The translations under genes and the position numbers were made by a program. DNA of 63,199 bases, the filler included, from Globobulimina sp. (lineage: Eukaryota), in assembly GCA_003354225.1 (NCBI GenBank). It is 19 parts of 19 records of this genome, joined end to end, with 100 filler letters (N's around TTAATTAATTAA, not from the genome) between each part and the next. Parts side by side here need not be neighbours in the genome. Positions count along the whole stretch, not along the records: positions 10,004 to 13,237 come from PIVH01003351.1; positions 13,338 to 16,570 come from PIVH01003352.1; positions 16,671 to 19,903 come from PIVH01003353.1; positions 20,004 to 23,235 come from PIVH01003354.1; 15 more parts are not named here. One strand, given 5' to 3'. Below the pieces are notes generated by a model that worked only from the letters and a program-made list of their open reading frames with translations, ran no database searches and had not been told where the DNA came from. Of the stretch, positions 10,498-21,281 are shown piece by piece (the first letter of the stretch is position 1; the number at the start of each line of letters is the position of its first letter).

Positions 10498-11808
10498 ATG
10501 GCATACACTTATTATTATTATTATCAAGCAGTAGGTTGTTTGGTGGTGCTGGTCTCCTCAATATGTCTGTTGATACAAATACAAACTGTCTCGCATACGA
10601 CAGATTTAGTATTTGTGGATGGAATGGATATCAAATACAAGTACAACCCTTCGAAACCAAATTGGATGCTGCAACAAATAGCAAGCAAATACAGTGAATT
10701 CAACCGGCGATTCTTTCTCGAAATTAGTAGTTATTCGAATTGGATTGAATTGCTGGGGAAACCGCACATTGACGCCACAAATATTTGCATTCATCTATTG
10801 GACAATGGAGGTGGTTTCGGCAACAGAATCTACCGTGATCCGGTTGCATATTTTCTGGCATACACTCACAACTGCACTCTCTCATTACATTGGGGCAAAT
10901 GCCAAACATACAACAACTATTTTTACAATTTGTTTGAAGATTCATTCGAATTAATTGCATCAAATTGGTCCTATTTGAAATCTTACGGCAATATATTTTC
11001 CACCTCATTTGATTCACGATATGCACGAATCCACCCTCAAGTGTTGAAAATATTGCCCTTTACAGATATAATTGTCGAAATGCATAACAACTCAAACTAT
11101 GACGAAGCTACGATTTACACAGATTGTCCATTTGAGGCGGCTCAAAAGGATCAGTCGAGATCGAGATTGTGGATTGACACCGATATTGATCTCAAATATG
11201 GCGAATTGCGGCCCTGGTCGGGTTATATGAATCTGTTTCCAACTCTGAGAATGTATGGTTTGTTAATTCAACAATTTCGCCCTATTTTTCGTATTGAAAT
11301 GGCGCAATTTCTGCAACGCAAATATTTGAACAAGTTTATCATTGCAATCCATGTTCGCACTGGCTTTGGAGAGAAGGGATATAACCGCGGATCGCCGACC
11401 ATTAAGGATATATTTCATCAAATTGAGTTCATTCTAGATGCAATATTCGATTGTAAGGATTGCAAATGGATCCGATCGATATCAAATAATGAGAGGCAAA
11501 CTGCGCTCTTCATTGCAACAGACAATGTGGATGTTTTTAAGATGTTTAAAAATGAAAGCAAATTGTTTCAAAAGCACAAGTATCGCAATGGTGATAAAGA
11601 TGAGGAGATGGAGATATTTACTCGGACACAAGTGGAATGGACCAAAGATGGAGTGCCGACAAGTAGCTTCGGCAAAGATTTGCAGACAAATAATTGTGTT
11701 ATCGATGCAAAAGATGCTTATATTGATAGTGAATTAGACCGCCAATATTTTGGTTATATTCTTTTTCGACACCGAGCGAAGCGAGGTGTCCCGAGCGGAG
11801 CGAGGTGA
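10498..11808 (+). CDS. Type II membrane fucosyltransferase-like protein (GT23/NodZ/GT11-type motifs); C-terminus probably disrupted near 11737
   Basis: N-terminal TM and motifs GGFGNRI, IAIHVRTG, LFIATDN, AYIDSEL. The third motif breaks off where a GC-rich hairpin sequence begins. Confidence 0.65.
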   Translation: MAYTYYYYYQAVGCLVVLVSSICLLIQIQTVSHTTDLVFVDGMDIKYKYNPSKPNWMLQQIASKYSEFNRRFFLEISSYSNWIELLGKPHIDATNICIHLLDNGGGFGNRIYRDPVAYFLAYTHNCTLSLHWGKCQTYNNYFYNLFEDSFELIASNWSYLKSYGNIFSTSFDSRYARIHPQVLKILPFTDIIVEMHNNSNYDEATIYTDCPFEAAQKDQSRSRLWIDTDIDLKYGELRPWSGYMNLFPTLRMYGLLIQQFRPIFRIEMAQFLQRKYLNKFIIAIHVRTGFGEKGYNRGSPTIKDIFHQIEFILDAIFDCKDCKWIRSISNNERQTALFIATDNVDVFKMFKNESKLFQKHKYRNGDKDEEMEIFTRTQVEWTKDGVPTSSFGKDLQTNNCVIDAKDAYIDSELDRQYFGYILFRHRAKRGVPSGAR

Positions 11809-11820
11809 TATTATATAACC
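11752..11820. other. Nested hairpin element with tandem CCGAGCG(A/G)AGCGAGG; possible mobile-element end
   Basis: Outer stem GGTTATAT/ATATAACC and inner stem GACACC/GGTGTC around GCGAAGC. A second copy lies at 11791-11805. Confidence 0.5.
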
Positions 11821-13614
11821 GATATATTTTTTTGAAAAGTATTGTTTTTGTTTTTTTTATTTTTTTATTTGTATATTTTTTGATTTGTTGTGACTGCGAA
11901 TATACATTGTTTACAATTTTATATGGTTTTTTGTTATATATTGATCGAGTGCACAAAAATCTAAGTTTGAGGAATGATTAAACCAATTGCTATTTTTCGT
12001 AGTTCCAATGCATTTATCCAAATAATAATATTGAAAACATCGATCCATATTTTTAACTGAATCATCGATCCATGACTGCCTTTCGGTTGTGATTGGGATT
12101 TGGATTTAATATCATTACGTTTTCTGTATTTCGCTAATGATAACATCCAACATCAATTTACTGTGTTAATCTTTTCATATTCAATTGTATATGTAAAATA
12201 TCAGGCTTTTCTCGATTTTCAAATTAAACTTTTCTATTTTTTTTACTCAACACTTTTTTCAGAGACTTTGAAATATATTAAATGCAGGCAGCATGGTTTT
12301 CATTTTAAAATGGTTTTGATGGTATTCATTTTATACGGATATTAATTACGGATAGGTGTTTTGGTTCAAATATCAACCGTCGTTGACCAAAATACACGTT
12401 GTCGGCATACTGACAGTAACTGGAGTCGAAATTGGGGTCATGCCTATTCGTCTCTTTATAACTCAGTGCCTGACCGGTTCCCTAATTCGGCTGAGGCTGT
12501 CTCGACAACGTAATTTTATGGATTGATTTGGAATTTGGATATTCTTTATTCTTTATTAAAAATTTGTTTATGCGATCGATTTATATCTATCTATTTTTCT
12601 CTTCTTCTCTTCCTCAAATCTTATTTATTTAAATAAAAAACAAAAATAGCGCAAGTTGCTGACCTGCCTGCTGCTAGCTAGCTACAACAAGAATTAATTG
12701 CAAATTCCTAATCATCAAATTATAATTCTCTTTTGTTTGTACATGCCTCAAAATGTTAAGATGTTTAAAAACTGTATAGTAAGCTGCCTCTTAAATCATG
12801 TGACATGGAAAAGCAATTAAGATACGTTTCGATTATGTTTTGTTTTGTTTTGTGTTTTGTGCATGAATGTAAAAAATAATATTATCAGGACGATGGCGTG
12901 TGGCGGATCGAATTGGTTGATAAATAATAATAATAAAAAATCCCATCCTATCCTATCCAGTGCGCCAATGAATCGCCATTAATCCGAGTCTGCTATCGCG
13001 GACACGACGAAATTGTGTCGTTTAGGTTTGGGACTGTGCTCCGTGACTCATTTAGATACGGTGTTGTTGCGTACGACGGAATTAATCACCGACAGCAATA
13101 AAACACAGAAAGGTGGTGGTGGAGAGTCTCTGTCAATTGATCTTCAAATTGGAGTTTTGGGTGGTTTCCAAGAACATAAATGAGCGGATTTGTGCGCTGG
13201 AAACGTATAAGTTGTTAACGAAGCGGTTTATAGGCATNNNNNNNNNNNNNNNNNNNNNNNNNNNNNNNNNNNNNNNNNNNNTTAATTAATTAANNNNNNN
13301 NNNNNNNNNNNNNNNNNNNNNNNNNNNNNNNNNNNNNGAAGTTGAGAGAAATTTTGGTATGCAAAGTAAATATTTGTGGTTATGGATATGTGCTTGCCAG
13401 AGACATATTCACTAATTACATTTAAAAGAGATCCACACTTTGAGTTCGCAAGTCATTTTTTATTAAGTAAAGTACAAAACAGTTAAAAAACATTTACAAG
13501 AAAAAAAATATTATAAAATCATACGCAAACAAACAACACCAATACGCTTTCATCGATAGGAAATTTGATTGCTTTGTAATATTTAGTCAAAATTAAAAGG
13601 AGCAGAAAAAGAAA

Positions 13615-15423
13615 TTACAACACAAACGATTCCTGTCTGTAATGAGCACCAAATCTAACCGCAACTCTTTGCATGGACTGCAACAACAACTTTGGTCCAG
13701 ACGCCATAATCAATGTAAACGTGCCTAACCCTTCAATATACGACAACTCCTTAATCAAATTCGGTTTCCCATATTCCAGCGTCAATTTTATACTCGACTG
13801 TATCTCCGACACTTCTGACGATTGCACCCTATCCGTATAAAACAAGCGAATATCAAACAAGCGCTCGGGGTCATTATCAAAGCGCGCCGCATATTTGCTC
13901 AAAATCGACTGAAAGCCTAAGAAAACCTGTGGCGATTTTGCCAACCAAACCAAATCAACACTGATCTGTGTCTCCTCCTTAATGGCCCTTTGCAACATAT
14001 ACTCAAAAAAGGAAATGTAACTCACAAATCCCACGCCGCCAACCACTATCAATATCTTCCTATACGCATCGATTATAATTGGTTCGCCATAGGGTCCGTC
14101 CAACTTAATCTCCATCATCCGATCCACCACTTTTTCTTTCTCACGCACCAAATCGCACACTTTCTCGCACCATTCGCCCTCACCCTGTCCCTTTCCGCCA
14201 TCTTTCTGCACAATGAACGTACACTCCTTTGCATGGAAATTGCTGTCCACACAACACATCGGATGCCATTCATACGGCGATATGCACGGTATATTCATCC
14301 AAAAATACTGCCCGAAGGCAAACAGTTTCTTCTCCTCAACGCCCAACGACTTGTTATATACATCCATGCTCGCTTCGTACACCTCGGATTTGAAGATCTC
14401 ATCCACGGAACAGACCACTTTGCAGTACCTCTCGTCCGGCAACGGAACAATGTCCGTAATATGTACGATCCGCGTCGCTTTGTACATTAATAACAACTGA
14501 TCGATCACGTATAAGATCACTGGCGGTATCACGTAATACCACGCACTCTTCGCATGCCACACCACCAACGTCACAGTGACAAACGCGGCGAAGATGTGCG
14601 AATAATAAAATAACTCATACCACCAACGGCGGATTCGTTGATGCGACAATATCATCACCGGCACGATGAGCAATATGAACATATAATACATGGCCGGAAT
14701 GGTGAAATTGCGCTTGTTGTAGCTATACGGCACAGCGCCAAACATGACGTTCGTGGATAACATGCCGGAGATTCCGAAGTAGATCAGCCATAAAAACAAG
14801 TGCAAGACGGTGCAAATCAGGAATAAGAAACTGAAGAATTTGTGGAAACGAATCATGTGCTCATAGCTCATATGGAACACCGTATTCCAGATATTGGTGT
14901 GGCGCGTAATGGGAAACAACGCCAACGATAAGCACAGCATTGCTATCTTACCAATGCCCAAAGCAACGCGTTGCAGCCACTTGTTAGTCGACAAGACATT
15001 GTCATAGCCGTCGTAGATGAATATCCAATATAAGCTCCAGATGCAGACGAATATGAACGAGATGCTCCACAACAACCACTCGCCCTGTTTTACCAAGCCA
15101 CCACACAACGGGATGAAGAAGCGGATTTTGCGCATTTCGATGCGAAACCAGAGCGATTTGCGCGATAAGTACGAGATGTTGCAGACTAGCATGAATATGA
15201 TGTAATAAATCAGTAAATCGGGGTACACGTTCATGCCGTAACCGTTGCGTGTGAAATATATGCGCGTTTCGTAGGAGTTGACCCCGTCTTCTTCCAAAGT
15301 GGCGATGTTGGCGGGAAGGAAGAGCGAGAAGTCAAAGGGGAGCAAGGTGTCCATGAAGAATAGGATGGGAATGGCGACCCATACAAACAGACAAAAGGCA
15401 CAGTCGCCGCGGTAACAGTTCAT
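13615..15423 (-). CDS. Ferric reductase / NADPH oxidase family flavocytochrome (602 aa)
   Basis: Multi-TM N-terminal half with paired haem His (FHKFF..VLHL; YSHIF..VWHA). FAD motif EWHPM, DGPYG, NADPH motif VVGGVG, SGP, terminal ESF. Confidence 0.88.
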   Translation of the reverse strand: MNCYRGDCAFCLFVWVAIPILFFMDTLLPFDFSLFLPANIATLEEDGVNSYETRIYFTRNGYGMNVYPDLLIYYIIFMLVCNISYLSRKSLWFRIEMRKIRFFIPLCGGLVKQGEWLLWSISFIFVCIWSLYWIFIYDGYDNVLSTNKWLQRVALGIGKIAMLCLSLALFPITRHTNIWNTVFHMSYEHMIRFHKFFSFLFLICTVLHLFLWLIYFGISGMLSTNVMFGAVPYSYNKRNFTIPAMYYMFILLIVPVMILSHQRIRRWWYELFYYSHIFAAFVTVTLVVWHAKSAWYYVIPPVILYVIDQLLLMYKATRIVHITDIVPLPDERYCKVVCSVDEIFKSEVYEASMDVYNKSLGVEEKKLFAFGQYFWMNIPCISPYEWHPMCCVDSNFHAKECTFIVQKDGGKGQGEGEWCEKVCDLVREKEKVVDRMMEIKLDGPYGEPIIIDAYRKILIVVGGVGFVSYISFFEYMLQRAIKEETQISVDLVWLAKSPQVFLGFQSILSKYAARFDNDPERLFDIRLFYTDRVQSSEVSEIQSSIKLTLEYGKPNLIKELSYIEGLGTFTLIMASGPKLLLQSMQRVAVRFGAHYRQESFVL

Positions 15424-15790
15424 GTCCGATTTGTAAGACGTCGGGATATAATCTGGTATTTCTTGGGTTTGTTGGCTGTCTTTTGCATGTTTTTGTGCTG
15501 GTATTGGTGGTTGGGAGCGGGTGTTGAGCTGCTGTCCAACAAAGCGGTCGCCTTAATTTGATCGATCGCCTTAATTTGTTATTTTTTATTTTTTTTTTGT
15601 TTCGGATTAATCGTGTATAAAAATTAAAAAAACGCTATAATTATATAATTATATTGATTGTAAGATAACTAGTTAGTTATAAACAGATACAGTATAGTAT
15701 GACAAGTGTGTGCATGTTTCAATAAGTTTTTTGCATTTATCTTGTAATCTACTTGCTTAACTGGAAATCTTTTAGTAGCAGCTAAATGTC

Positions 15791-16570
15791 ATGTGGTTGT
15801 TTACTTATTTATGTTTCCATTTCATCACACAAGTTTTGAGCGATACCATCACATGTAATGGAAACAATGCATGTAAAGATTGGACGAAAACGTGCAAACA
15901 GAATGAAGCATGCACCATCAATTGCAATGGATATCAATCCTGTCAACGGTCAACACTGAATTGTCCAGCTGGTTATTCTTGCACAATTAATTGTATTGAT
16001 GCAGAGAAAAATTGTGAATCGGCTGCGATAATGGCTGCAGATTCATCAGTACTCTGGATCAACGGATGTGACACGACCAGCCCCAGGCAATGTGAAAATA
16101 TGATTGTTTGGTGTCCGGCTGGTGCGCAATCTGCAAATAAATGCCACATTTCAGGTATATGCATACATATATATATATATTGTGATCGATGTGCATTATA
16201 CTACACAAGTACATATCACATATGAAATAACGGAAAAGGCGCTAATAGCAGACCACGATATATCCATATACATGCCATAAATGGATGGTACGATGTACAG
16301 ATGAGTTACAGTGGCAATCTATATGGTTCTGGAGGCTCTGACATGCATTGCGAGAGCTCATCATGCACCATATCAAGTGATGGATGGTATTGTCAACGAA
16401 CTGGAACATTGTCAGCATGCGATGTTCCCACAATGAATCCTACAAAGAGGCCTACAAAATCCCCAACCGAAAATCCAACAAAATCGCCAACTGAAAATCC
16501 AACAAAATCGCCAACCGAAAATCCGACAAAAATGCCAACCAAAAATCCGACAAAAATGCCAACTGAAAAT
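15791..16570 (+). CDS. Secreted Cys-rich protein with a PTxx mucin-like stalk, 3'-truncated; intron about 16155-16238
   Basis: Signal peptide, repeated CxIxC...C units, AINGWYDV, then (PTKS/PTEN)n to the contig end. Confidence 0.75.
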
Positions 16571-16707
16571 NNNNNNNNNNNNNNNNNNNNNNNNNNNNNN
16601 NNNNNNNNNNNNNNTTAATTAATTAANNNNNNNNNNNNNNNNNNNNNNNNNNNNNNNNNNNNNNNNNNNNATTATTCACATCTCTATATAAAAATAGGGA
16701 CCCAAAC

Positions 16708-17125
16708 TGTCTTATTGGCTAGTGGTTGTATGTGTGTGATTTACATTGTGTCTTAATTAAATTACAAACTTCTCGCCCATTTTTGTGTACATCCTTGAAA
16801 GTGAACCAATCGACCTTATGTTGGTCCACGAAGTCTTGAATTATCTGACATTTAACAATATTGATTTGTCCATTCAAATAGGTTCGAAAATTAGGTTTGA
16901 AGTATATTTACAGAATTAATAAATCATCAAAATGTAATGTACCCTTAAATCTTATATGTGGGACATTTGCATTGTGTAATTCATCATTTTGGTTTGATTA
17001 TCATCGGTTACTGCAGAGACAGCATTATTTTTATCACAGGATTTACACAAAAAGGGGCGAGAAGTTTGTAATTTAATTAAGACACAATGTAAATCACACA
17101 CATACAACCACTAGCCAATAAGACA
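16708..17125. mobile_element. Foldback/MITE-like element: 88-bp terminal inverted repeats (2 mismatches) around a 242-bp core
   Basis: 16708-16795 is the reverse complement of 17038-17125. Termini are TGT...ACA and no obvious TSD is present. Confidence 0.6.
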
Positions 17126-17729
17126 TTAATACCGCTCTTTGTCATCATTCATCGAATAATGACCTCGAAATGCACTAGCCCGACGATAATCGTTCCCATT
17201 ATATCCTACATTATTTCCATAATAATGAGATTGCTTTGGCATAACATATGCGTTACCTTCTCGATATTTGGTTAAGTTGCGATTAAAATTTGTTACAAAT
17301 CGTTCCTGATTCGAGCGAAAATGTGATGAAGATCTACGAGGTGAGCCACGCATTGTAAACGAATGTTTATTTTTATATCGCTGCGTTGTTTATAATTTGT
17401 GCCTTGTTTATTCGTATTGCGAGCACCAACGTCACGATAACTCATTGTGAATGGTTGTTGCTGGTATTGGACAGGTAACGGTGCGTTGATTGCTCCATCT
17501 TCTTCCGCAGAATCAGTAATTGTATAATTATTAAGTTGAGCCGGTTGTGGTACTATTGTCGAATATAATTGTTCATTGAAACATAAGCAGGTTGTGCCTG
17601 ATTGACAGCAACAACATCTGTATATTTATTTTATAACCCCGATACCTGCGAACAACTGTCATCAACTTCATGTTTCTCACTATGTTTATGTTTAACTTTA
17701 TTACGTTGTGGGTAAGGCTGTTCAAAAAG

Positions 17730-18610
17730 ATCCATATTTGATACGCATCACATGATACATTTTGATACGTGAAAACGATTCAAAATGTATCATAATGGAT
17801 CAAATATGTATCTTTTTGAATCATTTCAGATCATCACACTTTTTCAAAAACGGAGTCCGTTTCGTATCATTTAAAGTCTCAAATATGAATCTTTAACAAA
17901 GGATCAAAAAAAGAATCGAAGGTCATACGTTTAAGATACGATGCTTTGTATTTTTTGCAAACGAATCAAAAACGATTCATATGTGATCATAAAACGTTTC
18001 TTTTTTGATTCGTTTTCTTTAATTTAACGCTAAAATTCGTTTTATAAGTGCAAAGACTACAAACAACGTCTACTTCAAACAACATTCGACTTTTTTAGTG
18101 TAAGAGGGGTGAAAGTATAAACCCAGCTGCTAAATATACAGCAAAAGCGTATAAAAAGATACTAAAAAAACACGAAAAGATGCTAAATGATGCGAAAAGA
18201 CTCAAAAAGACACTTTATGATACAAAAGGATCATTTTTGATACGCAGTGATTCATTGTGATTCGTCTAAAAGTCTAAAAACTGATTGTTTCAGCTAAAAA
18301 CGAATCAAAAAAACAAAAAAACGAATCACTTTGATTCGTTTTGGTTGATAAAATGATTCGTTTGGCGATCCATTTTTTTCCTAAAAAGATTCAAAGTGAT
18401 ACTTTTCTAAAGATACGCATCATGATGCTTTTTTATACGCATCAGATACGTTTTTGATACATAATTGATGCTATGAAAATGATTCGTTTTTGAACCGTTT
18501 TCAAAGTTTTGATACTTTTTTGGTCAGATTTTACAACGGATCATTTATAAAAGATACTTTTTTCCGATGTATGATCCGTTTTTGATACGTTTTCTGGCTC
18601 AGCTGATACG
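17730..18610. repeat. Cryptic degenerate repeat region built from GATAC/GATTC/GATCA plus A/T tracts on both strands
   Basis: Dense recurrence of TTTTGATACG, GATTCGTTT, CGAATCAAAA and GATACGCATCA. No ORF. Confidence 0.7.
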
Positions 18611-18658
18611 AAGTAAGAAAACGTGTTTTCTATTTGCTCAGTCTAAATTTATATAAAG

Positions 18659-19240
18659 AAAATGTCGACCTTGAAGCAACATTAGCATTAATTAAACCAG
18701 ATTCGTTTGCCAGAAGTGATGAAATCATAGCTCGTATTCTCGCCGAAGGCTTTAGAATTATCGAAAAAAAGCAAGAAGCCTTTTATGCTGAACACAAAGT
18801 TAATTAATTAATTATTTCCCGAAATTTCTCATAATTATAAAAAAAACACAAACAGGGAAGAGGCTTTTTTGATGAATTAGTTTCTTTTATGAGTAGTGGC
18901 CCAATTTACGCATTAAAATTATCGAAAGCTGATGGCATTGCGTCATGGAGAAAATTAATGGGTCCCACCAAGTATGAAACCGCCAAAAAAGATGCGCCCA
19001 ATTGTTTGCGTGCATTGTTTGGCACAAATACCACTAAAAATGCATATGCCACGGCAGTGAATTAAATTTTTATTTCCGTCAACAAGAAACATTGGCGTTG
19101 TTAAAACCGGACGCTGTGATCGCTGGCAATGCGTTGGATATTATTACTCGAATCGCAGTGGATGAACATTTCGAGATTTTAGAGTTTGAGAAATTGGCAT
19201 TAACAAAACAACGCGCCGATGCCTTTTATGCCGATGATGA
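18659..19240 (+). pseudogene. Decayed two-domain nucleoside diphosphate kinase (NME5/7-like)
   Basis: TLALIKPD, FYAEHK|GRGFFDELVSFMSSGP, WRKLMGPT, LRALFG, and a second TLALLKPD. There is a deletion after IEKK, a 2-nt frameshift at NA(C)HGS and an intron at about 18799-18855. The second domain decays. Confidence 0.8.
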
Positions 19241-19573
19241 AACCAGATATTACGAGCCATGAATCGAAGGATGATGACGGCGAACAGAGCAAAGAGATGA
19301 AAGATTTGTGATTGTGGGACGGGCGATCATTTTTTGATGAATTGAATGCTTTTATTATATATACAATACATCGGATGTTGTGATTGCATTGAAGTTGGAG
19401 AGGGAGAATAGTGATTCTGTGCAATCTGCAAAAAGGGAGTTGGATATATATATAGTATGGACTATGGATTGTAGCATAGCTCAAAGCAGAGCACTGGATG
19501 TGATGTGATGTATGGATGAAGCAAATAAATGAAGCAAAATTATATTAATTGGATTTATAATTATATAATTGGA

Positions 19574-19886
19574 TTGAAATTGAAATTGAATAAAGATAAT
19601 GGAATTTGAATTGAATTGAATTGTATTGTATTGGGTGGGGGAGAGTGTGTCAATGAATATGTCTGTTACGGTAAGGTTAAAGATCATTTATTGGAGAATT
19701 TGGAGATTATTTTTGTGACTCTCCTTGCACACAAAAACAAATACAAACAATTATTTTCGTCATTGTGGCCATGCACTAGGCCATAATCATACAATTTTCT
19801 ATTCTTTCTCCTTCAAATCCTTCATTCCTTCATTCCATCCAATTCAATTCAAATTCCATCCAATTTATTCAATTTCAATTTCAATT
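19574..19886. repeat. Imperfect inverted repeat of about 47 bp of TTGAA-rich sequence
   Basis: TTGAAATTGAAATTGAATAAA..ATGGAATTTGAATTGAATTG (about 19574-19620) versus its reverse complement at about 19840-19886. Confidence 0.65.
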
Positions 19887-20003
19887 AATTTAAATCTGAT
19901 TGTNNNNNNNNNNNNNNNNNNNNNNNNNNNNNNNNNNNNNNNNNNNNTTAATTAATTAANNNNNNNNNNNNNNNNNNNNNNNNNNNNNNNNNNNNNNNNN
20001 NNN

Positions 20004-21142
20004 TCGATAATGTCGATATTAAGGTATATAGCAATTAAATAATGCAATTTATGCGGATTTAAAATGTTTTCAACACATAACTTTGCATTATTTAATTGCC
20101 ATACCATTAAGAACTATAATTTACTATTTCTACGCTCCAACATTGGCTATGTCGGCCAAGATGTCAATTTGTTTGAAGGCCGATCGATTGCTGAAAACAT
20201 AAAGTTTCCAATAAATTATGGTTTTAAACACTTTTTGAATTTCGATGATGAATGTTTCGACGATGTCGATTTGATTTCGTGGCGGCAACGCAAAACCGTT
20301 CAAGACAAAGACATTGAGAATGCAGCGCGCATTGCCAACGCTTATAAATTTATTAAAATTTTAGGCAAAAACAACAAAGAGAATAAAAAGCCGAAATATT
20401 GGATGATTATAAGGCGGAATCTGAGTGATGGCGATTTGAAGGAAGCAGAGAGAGATAGAATAATAAAAGAAACGCAAAATATATCTCCAGATATCATCGA
20501 TGTGGTGATCGCCAAAGGCGACATTAAATCGAAAATTAAAAGTAACGTGCTTTTAATGAGTGTGACCACTTCAAATGATAAGGTGAATACGACTGAAATT
20601 GAAAAATTACTTTCGGACAAATTAGATGTTTGCGTTGAAATGAAACAGAAATGTAATTGGTTCCAAATTGGTTCTGAGATTATAATTGGTGGCGCGGATG
20701 GTATACAATTAAGGTACGGTGCCATTTATTTGTGTTTTTATGTTTTGGATTTCGTAAATTGAGCTTTTTATGCTCAATTCAATAACATTTGTGTTACTTT
20801 TATGTAATCATATTATTTAATATGGTAAGTCGTGGAGAAAAACAAAGGATAGCGATTGCAAGAGCAGTTTTGTTGAATCCTAAAATATTGTTACTTGACG
20901 AGGCAATGAGTCATTTGGATCCCATTTCAAAGAATTCGATTCAAACAGCTCTTAACCGGATTATGATGGAAAAGAAAAGATGTGTGGTTGTCATTGCCCA
21001 TCGACTATCTACGGTTCAAAATGCAAAAATGATTTACGTTGTAAATAAAGGTATGATTGATGACTATGGCACACACAATGAATTAATAAAAAAAGAGAAT
21101 GGACTGTACCTTAAGCTATTGCAGCGACAGACACTTGTTTGA
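20004..21142 (+). CDS. ABCB-type ABC transporter, C-terminal NBD, 5'-truncated; introns 20024-20111 and 20714-20829
   Basis: LRSNIGYVGQD (Q-loop), spliced signature LSRGEKQRIAIARA, Walker B ILLLDEA, IAHRLSTV. Confidence 0.9.
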
Positions 21143-21281
21143 AATTAAATCAGATAATTGATGTAAATCTTTTTTGTTCAATCTTTTTTTTTCAAATATT
21201 GTTTTATATGTAATTACTTTCAAGCGAATTAGATGTTGCTTTCGGACAAATGTAAGAAATGCGAAAGAAAGCTCGACTCTT

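Noticed and set aside
12410-12445. Hammerhead ribozyme (CTGAC...GAAA)
   Set aside because: The core reads CTGACAG rather than CTGANGA, and the stems do not fit the hammerhead topology.
17126-17735. Minus-strand gene next to the foldback element
   Set aside because: Coding-like pieces lie in different frames with stops, and no consistent splice model was found; at most a decayed remnant.
18800-18811. TTAATTAATTAA inside the NDK pseudogene as another linker
   Set aside because: There are no flanking Ns; it is AT-rich intron sequence.
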